A DNA stretch of 64,000 nt from a virus. Below are positions 1 to 10,747 of this stretch, piece by piece (position 1 is the first letter of the stretch; each line of letters opens with the position of its first letter). Location: positions 32,001-96,000 of the IMG/VR virus record IMGVR_UViG_3300030117_007501; one strand, written 5' to 3'. The translations under genes were made by a program, and so were the position numbers. The notes beneath the pieces were generated by a model that did not search any database, had not been told where the DNA came from, and saw only the letters and a program-made list of their open reading frames with translations.

Positions 1-1
1 T

Positions 2-205
2 ATCGACTCTGCAAAAGCTTGCCTGACTCAAGAAAGCACTCCGGAACTGATAAAGAAGGAGCTTGGTGCCTTAACTCAGGCAATGCAGGCAGCAGGGAAA
101 GAGATGTATGAATCAGCAGCGCAAAGCCAACAACCCCCAACAGAGGAGCCAAAGAATTCAAGTGAGGACGACGACGTTGTGGACGCTGAGTTTAAGGAAG
201 TTTAG
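2..205 (+). CDS. dnaK: Hsp70/DnaK chaperone, C-terminal end (partial)
   Basis: Frame 2 reads ...LTQAMQAAGKEMYESAAQ...EDDDVVDAEFKEV*, the typical bacterial DnaK tail (DDVVDAEFxEV). Confidence 0.85.
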   Translation: MDSAKACLTQESTPELIKKELGALTQAMQAAGKEMYESAAQSQQPPTEEPKNSSEDDDVVDAEFKEV

Positions 206-211
206 AAGCAG

Positions 212-445
212 GTGAAGCTCAAGACGTTGGACTTGCACAGGGTAAGGCATGCCGATGTCGAAAATCTTGTTTGCAATTTTCTAAATTGGACTGAGCCTCC
301 ATGCAGGATTATTACTGGCAACTCTGAAAAAATGAAAGCAATTGTCAAAGAAATTATTAAAAAATATAAGTATTCTTGCTATAATGAGAGCATGTACAAT
401 CATGGAAGTTTGATTGTTGTGGAGGAATCTGAATATGATTTTTAG
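212..445 (+). CDS. Small Smr (small MutS-related) domain protein
   Basis: LDLH near the N-terminus and IITG motif in 77 aa. Confidence 0.65.
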   Translation: MKLKTLDLHRVRHADVENLVCNFLNWTEPPCRIITGNSEKMKAIVKEIIKKYKYSCYNESMYNHGSLIVVEESEYDF

Positions 446-722
446 TAAGAAGTGTTGCGCATTGCTATTTATGCTTGTTTTGGCATGTGGGCAGGTTGAA
501 GGTGAAGTGGAGCATGTCCATACCTTCTCGGAGCCCGCAAGCGAGGAAGATACAGGCTGTGGTATGCCGGAGGTTCACGGGGCGGACGCATCCTTTCCGT
601 GTGAGGATAATTGGATATGTCACAGCCCCAGTACAAAGATGCACAATCAGGTGTGTACGTCAGAGTGTATGGTGCCTGGAGATAGTAGAACATACTGTTG
701 GCTTAAAGAGTGCCACAGATAA
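435..722 (+). CDS. Cys-rich putative lipoprotein
   Basis: Hydrophobic signal ending VLAC-G, followed by several further Cys. Confidence 0.5.
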   Translation: MIFSKKCCALLFMLVLACGQVEGEVEHVHTFSEPASEEDTGCGMPEVHGADASFPCEDNWICHSPSTKMHNQVCTSECMVPGDSRTYCWLKECHR

Positions 723-737
723 GAAAGGAGATGAAAA

Positions 738-1195
738 ATGGAAAAAGATATTAAAGTTCACGCAGAGCCGAGAGAGGATGTCAAGAGGAGCAATAGCCCG
801 ACTGATGCTCTGATGAGTACGTCATGTTTAGATATGTATAAATCCTTGACTTTGCCGCAAAAGTTTGCGTTCAGGGTTAAGCAAGTTTTGCGTCCACGCG
901 ACAGCTATGTTGAGAGGGTTTAAGAATGGCATTGAGTCGTCAGAAAAAAAGAAAGCTGGAGTTCTTGATGAACACTGTCACAATTGTGCTTCTCTTGGGG
1001 CTGGTTGGAGTTAGTTTTATGATAATGAAAACTACTGCGGAGTCCAATTCGCTTTCTATAGACGTAACAAACATGAGAAGCAAAAAGGAATCAAAGGTTG
1101 TTCAAGAGATGAGACTGATGACGTTGCAGATGAAAAACCTACAAAAAGATATTGAAGAGATAAGAGATAGAGTAGAAAATCAAAATAATAATTGA
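738..1195 (+). CDS. Two hypothetical ORFs: 738-923 and 926-1195 (single TM helix plus coiled coil)
   Basis: Tightly packed ORFs; AGGAG SD before 738. Confidence 0.55.
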
Positions 1196-1269
1196 TTTTT
1201 TAAAAACAATATGTTATTATATACAAGCAAAATTCGACATTAGGCTGTCGAACACTATAAGGAGCAAAA

Positions 1270-1707
1270 GTGAGTAATAAAACAGTAGAGACAGGAAACA
1301 AGGTTAAGGTACACTACAAGGGAACTTTCAACGACGGCACTGTGTTTGACAGTTCGTACGACAGAGGTACCCCTATTGACGTTGAAGTCGGCGCCGGACA
1401 GGTTATTGCAGGTTTCGATGAGGCTCTTGCCGGTATGAAGACTGGAGACACAAAGACTATCAACCTAACGCCCGACAAGGCGTATGGAGAGAGAAATCTT
1501 GAAGCAATCGTCGAAGTGTCAAAGTCTAACTTTCCAGAAAACTTTGTTTTCACTGAGGGTGAAGTTGTACAGGGTACTAACGAGGCAGGCTTTCCACTAG
1601 TTGGAACACTTCAGGAAGATAAGGGCGAAGCAGTCGTGGTTGACTTCAATCATCCCATGGCAGGAAAAACCCTAAATTTTGATATTGAGGTGGTTGACAT
1701 CGAGTAA
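1270..1707 (+). CDS. FKBP-type peptidyl-prolyl cis-trans isomerase (SlyD/FkpB-like)
   Basis: VKVHYKG...DGTVFDSS, GQVIAGFDEAL, DFNHPMAGKTLNF motifs. Confidence 0.92.
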   Translation: MSNKTVETGNKVKVHYKGTFNDGTVFDSSYDRGTPIDVEVGAGQVIAGFDEALAGMKTGDTKTINLTPDKAYGERNLEAIVEVSKSNFPENFVFTEGEVVQGTNEAGFPLVGTLQEDKGEAVVVDFNHPMAGKTLNFDIEVVDIE

Positions 1708-1721
1708 AACTACTTACTAAT

Positions 1722-1940
1722 ATGAAAGTAGGAGACTTGGTTAAAGTGCCAGGGGTGTCCCTTCAAACCTATGCACTCTTTAATAATTTGGGGTTTGTTT
1801 GCTCTGAAGAAAACGAGGTTGGCATTGTAGGAGTTTGGATAATGGGCGCCCGGCACTTTTTATTTAAATCAGACATAGAACTCATAAGCTCTATAGATAA
1901 GAGATACAATGGGAACAAATCATTATGGCAGAAGAAATAG
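1722..1940 (+). CDS. Small 'KVGDLV' SH3/KOW-like protein
   Basis: MKVGDLVKV...SDIELIS; ACTACTTA motif just upstream. Confidence 0.6.
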   Translation: MKVGDLVKVPGVSLQTYALFNNLGFVCSEENEVGIVGVWIMGARHFLFKSDIELISSIDKRYNGNKSLWQKK

Positions 1941-3517
1941 AAGAAAGCCAACCTAGTAGCTCGGAAGAACCCCCGGGCCCGCGCAAAGACTTAGTAAAAA
2001 TGATAGGGAGGTACGGCATCGAAAATGTGTTACAATCCTTCATTGATTACACTCAGCCGACAGAGCATCAAGAAAAGCATATTGCAGATCTTCACGCGCG
2101 GCTAGTTATGGCTCTTAAGACATATCAAAAAAGCTACGACAAGGACTGAGTTTGTACTGTGACTTACCAATCGATTGTAAAAGGTTCGTTGGTGAGGAAG
2201 TACATGTATGCCAATTTAAAAGATGTAAATCTTTACGGGATTGTGTTGGGATACGCGCTATCAGAGTCATACGGTGGGGACATATGCGTTAGAGTGTATT
2301 GGTTTAAGTCGGATAGCGACATACTAAGAAAAGTCCCCCATGTTCAGCTTGAGTTCGTCAGCATGCTCAATAAAGTAGAAATGGAATGAACATTAGGAAA
2401 TACGTCTTGTTTCCTCTGCCGCCTCGCAGGGTTGAAAAGATAAGAAAAATATCTGACAAAAAAGACAGAAATGAAGAAAAAAAGCACTTGAAAAATTAAA
2501 AATGATGTGATATCATAAAATATATGATTCACAGAGTAGTTATTAAGAAGTGTTAAGAGTTTTGTTAATAATGTTGATGTCTCCCGCCCTCGCGTACGGC
2601 TCTAGCCCATTGGGACTCCCATGGGGAAAAGAAATTCCCAATTCTTACAGCGAATATAAGGACTACAAGTACCTTTGGGGAGACACCAGCTGGGGAGCAA
2701 TGAGGTTCCTAGGCTGGCTGGGTGAAGATTTCCGTTCAGAAGTTCTTTTGACGTTTACAGGCAAAAAGATAGGAAAAGCATATCTCCTTTTGGGGCCCGA
2801 GGGCATCACTGACAGCAACTGCTTTAAGCAATATAGAAAAATAGTCAACGGACTTAATAAGAAGTACGGACAGTACTATCGAAGAAACTTAACTAAAGAG
2901 TCAATCATTGAAGACTTAGTGTTTGTTAATGAGTGTTACGCCATGCGAGTCGGCGTTGCTGAGATAGAAACAAAGTGGAGGATTGACAATTTTGAAATTA
3001 ACGCTTTCATGTTTTCTGACGAAAATGAATTGTATATAGAAGTGGAATACATTTATTTGCCTTTAAACAAAATACAGACAGAAAACATACACGAACATTT
3101 ATAGGAGAAATTAATTGTTTAGTAACGCAAAGAGCCTCTATATTGAAAGCGCCAGTGGGGACGTAGAGGCTGTAGAAATTTATGAACATCACGGAAAAAT
3201 CATGGTAGAAATCGGGGATAGCTTTCGCATCTCCATTGATCCAGACGATGCTTTTGATATCGCTGATGCTCTGACGTTGGTTGCGAATGGAACTCAATCA
3301 CATGTTGGAGGGGAGTGGAATGTCTAGAATGTACCTTTCAGGCCCGAAGGGTATGGAGCGTATAGCTCACTTTCCAACAGAAAAAATCAAGAACATAACA
3401 AAAGAGGAAGTATTCAAAAGGGTTAAGTGTCTGTTGGAGGACAACATAGACTTGACTTCTGGAAACGAATCTGATATAATTACAATTGCCAACGAAATCG
3501 CAGACATGTTTGAATAA
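1925..3517 (+). CDS. Hypothetical ORFs 1925-2149, 2159-2389 (KGSLV SH3-like), 2550-3104 (signal peptide, exported), 3115-3327, 3320-3517
   Basis: Co-directional, abutting ORFs with plausible starts; no recognisable catalytic motifs. Confidence 0.55.
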
Positions 3518-3537
3518 AACATAAGAAAGGTTTTAAA

Positions 3538-4293
3538 ATGAAGACTTATAATCAACTTGTTTCGTTTATGAGGACGAAGCAGTTTGCCATCGACGTGATG
3601 GCTTTGGTGGAGAGCGTTGTGGGTGATAACTTCAAGTCCCTTCGAAGGCTCGAACCGTCCATTAAGACTCTGAATGACTATGTTCAGCACGTGGAAGAGA
3701 ACAAGGGGCAGCAGACTGTCTTCCTGACTGTACGCTCGGCGTACGAATTCGAGTACGCCATTAAGAGGGTTTTGTCAGACAATGGTTTTGATACCGTGTC
3801 GAAGCTTCACAACGCACAAGAGCAGAAAAACGATTTCGGCGTCCGCGTGAGGGATAGGAGAGATGTCGTCTACTTTGAGGTGAAGACTAGCCAAAGTGAT
3901 AATGGCTGGACGGGCTCATCTCATTCGGAGGGCAGCGGAAAGATTGACAACTATGTTCTTGTCAACTATGAACTGGATAAGGATATGGACTTGCCGCCTC
4001 TGTCGACATCTGCAATACATGGGATGTTTAAGTCAGCTCACTTCTCAGTAGTTGATAGTTTTGATGTGGGATGGAAAGGGGAGGCAACAGACAAGAGCAG
4101 CTTCACCACAGCAAAGATTCACAAGTCACAGATACCAACTTATTCTAGCTATATTTCTCTCGGATCCGTGGAGCCTAAGAAGAAGTGGTGCAAGATTGTC
4201 AAAGAGTCTCTTGACAAGTATCGTGACAACAACAATAAGCTAATGAAAACCAATAACACAAACAAGGAGAAAATTAATGTCATTGCCGCTTAA
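3538..4293 (+). CDS. Putative PD-(D/E)xK endonuclease (candidate restriction enzyme)
   Basis: KNDFGV...YFEVKT motif; overlaps the downstream DNA methyltransferase. Confidence 0.5.
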   Translation: MKTYNQLVSFMRTKQFAIDVMALVESVVGDNFKSLRRLEPSIKTLNDYVQHVEENKGQQTVFLTVRSAYEFEYAIKRVLSDNGFDTVSKLHNAQEQKNDFGVRVRDRRDVVYFEVKTSQSDNGWTGSSHSEGSGKIDNYVLVNYELDKDMDLPPLSTSAIHGMFKSAHFSVVDSFDVGWKGEATDKSSFTTAKIHKSQIPTYSSYISLGSVEPKKKWCKIVKESLDKYRDNNNKLMKTNNTNKEKINVIAA

Positions 4294-5536
4294 TAGTATT
4301 TTATGTGGAAACTCAGTTGAAAAGCTCAAGCTTCTGCCTGACGGCAGTGTCGACTTAACTGTTACTTCTCCACCCTATGACGACATTAGATTTTATTCAG
4401 ATGAGTTCACCGCTGCATTTAACAAGTCTGTTGACGACTTTGAAAATGAAAAAGAATACAAGAGGGCACTCTCTGCCTTCAAGAGGGAGAGGATTGCAGA
4501 AAAACTCACAGAGAATAATGGATATTCGTTTCCGTTCGAGGACATTGCAGACGAGCTTCATAGGGTGACTAAACCTGGAGGAGTTGTTGTCTGGGTTGTC
4601 GGCGACGCAGTTGACAAGGGCAGTGAGTCTGGGAGTTCTTTCCGACAAGCTTTGTATTTCAAGGACATTGGATTCAACATTCACGACACTATGATATACG
4701 AGAAGAATGGTACGGCTTTTCCGGCTAGAAGGGACGGAAATAGATACTCTCAGATTTTTGAGTACATGTTTGTTTTCACAAAGGGGAAGCCAAAGACTCA
4801 TAAGCTTGTGTGCGATAAGCCCAACAAGTGGACTGGATGGGGAAGCTTTAACGATAAGTTTAACTTTGACTCCATCGATGAAAGCCATACAGAGAAGGAG
4901 AAGGAGGAGTTGTATGGACTCATTCGGAAAGCTCTTAAGTCAATGGGGTACAAGGAGACGCAAGACGGAGTGACAATCGACGACGATGGTTTCGATTTTA
5001 GAAAAGTAGATTATTCTAAGTTGGGGCTCGGCATCTCCTCAATGAGGGGTAAGGACGGAAAACTAAAAAGCAGAGTACAAAAGCCAGTGCCAGAATTCTC
5101 ACCAAGAAACAACATCTGGAAGTACAACACGGGAAAGAACTTCTCAACAAAGGATAAGATTGCGTTCGAACACCCGGCAATCTACCCAGAAAAGTTGGTT
5201 GAGGATCACGTCCTAACTTGGACTGAGCCTGGAGACGTCGTGTTGGATCCTTTCGTGGGCTCTGGTACAACTACGAAGATGGCTCACTTGAATGGTAGAG
5301 ACTGGATTGGGATTGATATCTCTCAAAAGTATGCTGAACTGGCAAGAGAGAGAATGAAGATTGCAGAGAAGCTTAAGCAAGAAGGGTATGTGAGAGAGAT
5401 TGTCACCAGTAGTCAAGAAACGATTACCAGTGATGGAAAGCTATCTCACAAGGAAATCAGTTCAATGAACAAAAAGACAATGGTTGAGACAATGCTTAAG
5501 TGGCAAGATGAAATAGCCAATCTTAAAAAGAAATGA
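4277..5536 (+). CDS. Beta-class amino (N4C/N6A) DNA methyltransferase
   Basis: Catalytic TSPPY precedes SAM-binding DPFVGSGTT; HPAIYP; two apparent insertions. Confidence 0.9.
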   Translation: MSLPLNSILCGNSVEKLKLLPDGSVDLTVTSPPYDDIRFYSDEFTAAFNKSVDDFENEKEYKRALSAFKRERIAEKLTENNGYSFPFEDIADELHRVTKPGGVVVWVVGDAVDKGSESGSSFRQALYFKDIGFNIHDTMIYEKNGTAFPARRDGNRYSQIFEYMFVFTKGKPKTHKLVCDKPNKWTGWGSFNDKFNFDSIDESHTEKEKEELYGLIRKALKSMGYKETQDGVTIDDDGFDFRKVDYSKLGLGISSMRGKDGKLKSRVQKPVPEFSPRNNIWKYNTGKNFSTKDKIAFEHPAIYPEKLVEDHVLTWTEPGDVVLDPFVGSGTTTKMAHLNGRDWIGIDISQKYAELARERMKIAEKLKQEGYVREIVTSSQETITSDGKLSHKEISSMNKKTMVETMLKWQDEIANLKKK

Positions 5537-5616
5537 CTCTTGATGACTACATTAGTGCTCTGGTGGTGGTTTCTTTAATATTGTTTCTGTATAGTTTTAG
5601 TGGGAGGATGTAGAAA

Positions 5617-6180
5617 ATGAGGCGCTGCCGAACAGAGGAAATGTGGAACGCGATAACGCACTCTTTTGGTTTAGGCATGTGCCTGTCTTTCTTCATGGTG
5701 GGAGACATCCAGACAAGAGTCATTACATCGATGCTATGTCTTACGTATTTGTTTTCGGTGTTGTATCACGGCACAGAGAAACAGTCAATAAAAAATACAT
5801 TTAGAATGATGGACATGGCTTCGATACATGCCACCATAGCATGCACTTCTGTCTCATATCTGATTATTGGCGACGCTGGTATCTTTCCGGCGATAGTGTG
5901 CCTTGTAGCCGGCGCAGCTGGAAGCCAGTTCGTAATAGCGAGCTATGGAACTACTTTCTTGGAAAGGACTGCCGTATTTTCGTTTGTAGCAAATGGTGTC
6001 TTGTGCTTGATGCTGATTGTCTTTTGTACATCATCGTTGTCTCCATACTTTGTTGTTGGATCCGTAGTGTACCTGTTGGGTTTGCGATTCTATGTACATG
6101 ATTACATAAGATTCTACCATACTGTGTGGCATGTTTTTGTATTGGTTGCGTCACTTATACATGTGCTCGGTACTATGTAA
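5617..6180 (+). CDS. Hemolysin III/PAQR family membrane protein
   Basis: EEMWNAITH, SVLYH, DMASI, HTVWHVFV motifs; multiple TM helices. Confidence 0.85.
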   Translation: MRRCRTEEMWNAITHSFGLGMCLSFFMVGDIQTRVITSMLCLTYLFSVLYHGTEKQSIKNTFRMMDMASIHATIACTSVSYLIIGDAGIFPAIVCLVAGAAGSQFVIASYGTTFLERTAVFSFVANGVLCLMLIVFCTSSLSPYFVVGSVVYLLGLRFYVHDYIRFYHTVWHVFVLVASLIHVLGTM

Positions 6181-6183
6181 TGT

Positions 6184-6381
6184 ATGGAAGAGTACGAAAT
6201 AGGGGATTTGGTAGTCTCGTATCTGTTCAACACGTCTATGCTTGAACCGGAGCTGTTGCAGTTTGGAGTCATAGTCAACGTCAATAGAAATCTCAGAGAC
6301 ATTATGGTTCTTGACAATGCTGGATACAAGAGATGGTACCCCTGTAGACGCTGGCGCATCTTAAGGAAGAAGAACACGTGA
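6184..6381 (+). CDS. Small IGDLV SH3-like protein
   Basis: YEIGDLV...GVIV pattern. Confidence 0.55.
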   Translation: MEEYEIGDLVVSYLFNTSMLEPELLQFGVIVNVNRNLRDIMVLDNAGYKRWYPCRRWRILRKKNT

Positions 6382-6463
6382 TGGATTTTTTGATATCGTA
6401 CGGACTGACGTTAGCTTTGTTAGTTCTGCTCGGAGAACTCTTTTTTGGTGTGTCAAAAAAGTC

Positions 6464-6492
6464 TTGACAATTTAAAAAAAATCATTTAAGAT
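6464..6492 (+). promoter_or_regulatory. sigma70-type promoter for uvsE
   Basis: TTGACA-17 nt-TAAGAT. Confidence 0.7.
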
Positions 6493-6516
6493 AATAAAAA
6501 AGTTTGGAGATTTCAT

Positions 6517-7443
6517 ATGAATTTTGGGTATGCATGTATCAACATGACGTTATCTGACTGTCCAAAGTCAAAGAGAGTAACGACAAACCGTTCGATGGTA
6601 AAGCGCACTTTCTTGTCGCGCGGGCTTCAATATGCTTCTGAGCTGGCATTGCAAAACGCAAAAGACTTGCTCAAAATACTAGAGTGGAATGAGAAAAACA
6701 ATATCAAGTTTTTTCGTATGTCGTCAGACATGTTCCCGTGGGCATCTGAGTACAGACTGTCTGACTTGCCAGACTACCATGACATAGCATACCATCTCGA
6801 CGTTGCTGGTGCATATGCGACTCGTAACGGACATAGGATTACTTGTCATCCCGGCCCATTCAATGTGCTCGGCTCCCCCCGCGCGGAAGTTGTAGAGAAA
6901 ACCATTCGTGAGCTGGAGTTGCACTCAGAAATCTTTGACTTGATGGGCTTCTATGATGCGACACCATACAACAAGATAAACATTCATGTCGGCGGCACTT
7001 ATGGCGGCGACTTTGGCAACACTGCCCTCCGCTGGTGCGAGAATTACTTAAGACTGTCTCCCAATTGTCAGAACCGACTGACACTGGAGAATGACGATAA
7101 GTCCAGCATGTGGAGTGTTAGAGACATCTATGACAGAATCTATAAGGTTGTTGGTGTGCCAATTGTGTTTGATTACCACCATCACAGATTTTGTACCGGT
7201 GGACAGACAGAAGAAGAGGCACTAAAGTTGGCAGCTTCTACGTGGAAGGGTGTCAAGCCTGTTGTGCATTTGTCAGAGTCTCGTGCTCTTGAGTTCGACG
7301 ACGCAACAATTCGTCCTCAAGCTCATTCAGATTTTATTAACAATCCTATAAAAAACTATGGACAAGAGCATGATATTATGTTAGAATGTAAGAAAAAAGA
7401 GTTAGCCCTTCTAAGGTACAGAAAGATAATGGAGAACTTATAA
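6517..7443 (+). CDS. uvsE: UV-damage endonuclease
   Basis: GYACIN, FFRMSSDMFPW, HPGPF, LENDDK, FDYHHH, HLSES, AHSD, MLECKKKE motifs. Confidence 0.93.
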   Translation: MNFGYACINMTLSDCPKSKRVTTNRSMVKRTFLSRGLQYASELALQNAKDLLKILEWNEKNNIKFFRMSSDMFPWASEYRLSDLPDYHDIAYHLDVAGAYATRNGHRITCHPGPFNVLGSPRAEVVEKTIRELELHSEIFDLMGFYDATPYNKINIHVGGTYGGDFGNTALRWCENYLRLSPNCQNRLTLENDDKSSMWSVRDIYDRIYKVVGVPIVFDYHHHRFCTGGQTEEEALKLAASTWKGVKPVVHLSESRALEFDDATIRPQAHSDFINNPIKNYGQEHDIMLECKKKELALLRYRKIMENL

Positions 7444-7664
7444 TGAATGTAGGAGACATGGTTCGTGCCCCAACCCCAGAGGGATGGAACGGATTTCCTT
7501 TGGAAAAGAATTACTATGGATGGGAAGGCAAGGTGGGCATACTCTTAAAGTTTGAAGACGCCTACGGAAAAAAGAATAGTCGCGCAAAGGTTCTCATCAG
7601 TGAAACAGGGCAAGTGTGTACTTTTGTAACTAACACTTTAACTGTGATTCAAAAAGCAGTATAA
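7443..7664 (+). CDS. Small NVGDMV SH3-like protein
   Basis: MNVGDMVR...GILL...LTVI. Confidence 0.6.
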   Translation: MNVGDMVRAPTPEGWNGFPLEKNYYGWEGKVGILLKFEDAYGKKNSRAKVLISETGQVCTFVTNTLTVIQKAV

Positions 7665-7673
7665 TATAGTAGA

Positions 7674-7750
<77 letters not shown>

Positions 7751-7752
7751 AT

Positions 7753-7825
7753 GCTGGCGTAGCTCAATTGGCAGAGCAGCTGATTTGTAATCAGCAGGTT
7801 GAGAGTTCGAGTCTCTCCGTCAGCT
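7753..7825 (+). tRNA. tRNA-Thr(TGT)
   Basis: Acceptor GCTGGCG/CGTCAGC, anticodon arm GCTGA-TTTGTAA-TCAGC; no encoded CCA. Confidence 0.95.
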
Positions 7826-7837
7826 TAGAGATGTTTT

Positions 7838-9309
7838 TTGATGATGTGTGAATTTGAAATAGGTGATTTGGTTCAGTTCAAGAACAACAAAGCACAAGTT
7901 GGTTTGATAATCGAAATCAGAGATTCTGCCGATAGCACGTTTCAACATCCATACGCCATCATTCTCTGGGCAAACACAGGTAAAAAATCAATTGAATTTA
8001 CTTCGGAGTTAACCTATGCTGAAAAAAGGTGATAAAGTTAGAATATATGATACCAACACCCACACTGAATGTTGTTATGGGGAGGGTGAAATACTCAGAG
8101 TCTTAACTAGAAAAAAGAGTAAGGCTTATAAACTATTGCACAAGGGACAAGTCCTTGTTTTAGATGAGAGGTTTTGGAGTTTAGAGAAATGCAAAAGTTA
8201 AAAGTATTGAAACCAGGAGACTTGGTTGTTCATCGACACAAGAAACTTAAGCATGGAGTGCTGATATCTGTGGACTCTCAACCCATTTTCGATGGCTCTG
8301 ATTGCGTGTGTCAAGTTCTCTTTGCGGGCAGTTCGCAATCAGTGCCAGCGTTGTTCTCGAACTTGGTAAGGTTCAACTCGTGAAAATTGGCGACTTAGTG
8401 ACGCTCTCTGCGTATGGCAAAAGCCTCAAGATGTTTGAGTGCATAGATAGGGACGACGTAGGGTTGATATATCACATGAATCTCAGTAGCTTCTTTGTAA
8501 GGTGGTGCAAGTCTGGCAAGCGCACATGGAAAGAGAGATTAGTCCGAAAAGATGTCAAATATGCAAAAAAGACATTTTGAGATAGGCGATATGGTTCTCT
8601 TCGACTCTCCTCTGCTGCCTTATGACAAAAAAATGGGGGTGGTTGTCGACAAGATACACTACATGCAGGAAACTCACTATCTTGAAATGCCGGCACACGG
8701 ACATCTATCAGAAGAATTGTTGCACAGTCAAGAGTATAGTTGCTGTGTTCTCCTACTCGGCACCTCAGAGAAAATAATGGTTAGATCGAAATGGATAAAA
8801 CTCGTTTCCCCAGTCAAAAAAACTTGACAATTCAAAAAAAATCTGATAAATTATAAAAACAATACAACTTCATCGGGAATAAAAAATGATAAAGAAAGGC
8901 GATTATGTTTCGTATGGTAGCGAGTTTCGTGCCATTGTTGTTGGGCATCCTCACACCGTTGAGAGGTTTGATTCCAATGGTTATGGAGGCTTGTTCGTTC
9001 CCGTTGCGAAGGTGCTTATAGTGCACACCCGTCGCCTCGCCGATTCAAAGTTTATTGGCAAAGAGAAGATAGCAAATTTACGCTCGCTAAGAAGGCTAAA
9101 GGCGTGAAGCTATGGGCGTGTACATGAGAGAGTCAGAGTTGCAAGTAGGCATGCTCATCCTGTACAACGGAGATCCTGCACTGGTGGTTAAGACATCCAG
9201 TGTGTGGGATGGTATGCTAACGCTCTTGAAGCGCGACGGAACCACAGCATACATTAATTCTCTATACATCAAGAGGGATTGGGTGCTTGGAAAAAATAAC
9301 AAAAAATGA
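7838..9309 (+). CDS. Run of small SH3-like ORFs: 7838-8032, 8016-8201, 8189-8383, 8380-8580, 8552-8827, 8886-9107, 9112-9309
   Basis: Each begins with a xxG(D/M)xV strand (IGDLV, KGDKV, PGDLV, IGDLV, IGDMV, KGDYV, VGMLI); 60-90 aa; mostly overlapping. Confidence 0.6.
8824..8852 (+). promoter_or_regulatory. sigma70-type promoter upstream of cassette array 1
   Basis: TTGACA-17 nt-TAAATT with TGn extension. Confidence 0.65.
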
Positions 9310-9473
9310 AACAGGGAGACTTGGTTAGATATATAGATGCAGTATCTCAACTTTTTGGCTTGGATGGCATCTACATTGTAAGAAGAGTCGAGCTTAAAAA
9401 TGATTGGGTGTTCGTCTATGGAGTCGACGTGCCAATCCAAATACAGGTTATGGAGGTTATAAGTGAGGCTTAA
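9306..9473 (+). CDS. SH3-like cassette protein (55 aa, absent from ORF track)
   Basis: MKQGDLVRY...QVMEVISEA*; ends in a junction variant. Confidence 0.7.
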   Translation: MKQGDLVRYIDAVSQLFGLDGIYIVRRVELKNDWVFVYGVDVPIQIQVMEVISEA

Positions 9474-9699
9474 GTTATTTTTCGTGGTACTCGCGAGTAT
9501 CGTCTTGTGTGGTTGTCCAGTAGAAGAAAACCTCTCTTCTTGCAGAAGAGTGATGGTGTGCGAGCAAGAAAAAGAAATGTATTGCGACAAGGCATTGAAC
9601 GGTTGCGGTGAGGACTGTCACTATTATGTGATGGAGAGCTGTTGGGAGAAGTGCGATGAAGGTGGGAGACTTGGTGAGGTGGGCGCCATCGTGCATTGA
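9463..9699 (+). CDS. Cys-rich putative lipoprotein starting at a junction
   Basis: Signal MRLKLFFVVLASIVLCGC followed by 7 further Cys. Confidence 0.6.
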   Translation: MRLKLFFVVLASIVLCGCPVEENLSSCRRVMVCEQEKEMYCDKALNGCGEDCHYYVMESCWEKCDEGGRLGEVGAIVH

Positions 9700-9847
9700 C
9701 GAGAGCGCATGGGAGAAATGGGTGGGAGTGATTGTAAGTATGCCGAAAGAAACTCCCCAAAGAGCTAGAGTCCTCTGGAACAAAGAAGGGGCGTTAGTAA
9801 CCCTTAGTTTTAAAAGAGACATGGAGGTAGTCAATGAAAGTCGGTGA
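9656..9847 (+). CDS. SH3-like cassette protein
   Basis: MKVGDLVRW...DMEVVNESR*. Confidence 0.8.
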   Translation: MKVGDLVRWAPSCIDESAWEKWVGVIVSMPKETPQRARVLWNKEGALVTLSFKRDMEVVNESR

Positions 9848-10043
9848 CTTAGTGAAGTTCGACCGTATTAACGGCCACACCCGCGATATCAATGACAAAG
9901 TGGCTCTCTATCTGGGTGAGGCTTTCATTCATCGCTACGACGGCGATGTCATCCAGAACCACAAGGTTCTGTTGCTTGGAGAATCAACGCCGAGAATCAT
10001 TGACGTTGGCTTGCTTAGGTGGATGAGGAGATACCCAGAATGA
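9834..10043 (+). CDS. SH3-like cassette protein
   Basis: MKVGDLVKF...; GGAGGT SD in junction. Confidence 0.8.
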   Translation: MKVGDLVKFDRINGHTRDINDKVALYLGEAFIHRYDGDVIQNHKVLLLGESTPRIIDVGLLRWMRRYPE

Positions 10044-10219
10044 AAGTCGGTGATTTAATAGCAGATAAAGAGTACACTGAAGATGTTGGCATCATTGTCT
10101 ATAAAGATGAGCATGGCGATGTTAATGCCTATAGGGTACTAACTCCCCAAGGTAAGCTGGATTATTTTTCAAAAGATTACATTGAAAATGACTGTGAGGT
10201 AATCAGTGAAAGTCGGTGA
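10040..10219 (+). CDS. SH3-like cassette protein
   Basis: MKVGDLIA...CEVISESR*; ATGA overlap with previous ORF. Confidence 0.8.
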   Translation: MKVGDLIADKEYTEDVGIIVYKDEHGDVNAYRVLTPQGKLDYFSKDYIENDCEVISESR

Positions 10220-10385
10220 TTTAGTGATGACTCCTCGGTATGGAACGTGGTATATTATCGTCGCAAAGCGTGAAGATCTTTCATCTTCTCACGGAGGACA
10301 AGTGTTCGACATTGTATCTACTGACTTAACGTATAGACAAGTGTTAAACGAAAGATTCTTGGAGGTGATAAGTGAAAGTCGGTGA
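10206..10385 (+). CDS. SH3-like cassette protein (59 aa, absent from ORF track)
   Basis: MKVGDLVMTPRYGTWYIIV...RFLEVISESR*. Confidence 0.8.
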   Translation: MKVGDLVMTPRYGTWYIIVAKREDLSSSHGGQVFDIVSTDLTYRQVLNERFLEVISESR

Positions 10386-10575
10386 TATTATTAAGTTAAC
10401 TCGGGGCACATATAATCACTTCAAACTGAAAAGTTATGTGGCTACCTTAATTAAAAAGCTACCAAGGGACGACGAATACGAATATGATTGGCTAGTCCTT
10501 GCTGACGGAAAATTCATCGCTCTCGGTAGACAAATAGAGTACAATGGTGCGGAGGTAATCAGTGAAAGTCGGTGA
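10372..10575 (+). CDS. SH3-like cassette protein
   Basis: MKVGDIIKL...AEVISESR*. Confidence 0.8.
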   Translation: MKVGDIIKLTRGTYNHFKLKSYVATLIKKLPRDDEYEYDWLVLADGKFIALGRQIEYNGAEVISESR

Positions 10576-10747
10576 TTTGGTAAAATATAACAATACCGCT
10601 TATCAATCAGAAGAAGTCGGTATCATTCTACAGAGGGACTCACTATATGACGAGGGTCGTCCACCTTATTCTTATAGGGTTCTTTGGAGAGATCATAACG
10701 AATCCAAGAGAAACTGGTACGGTTATGATGAGTTGAGAAAGCTGTGA
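10562..10747 (+). CDS. SH3-like cassette protein
   Basis: MKVGDLVKY...GIIL...YRVLW...ELRKL*. Confidence 0.8.
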   Translation: MKVGDLVKYNNTAYQSEEVGIILQRDSLYDEGRPPYSYRVLWRDHNESKRNWYGYDELRKL

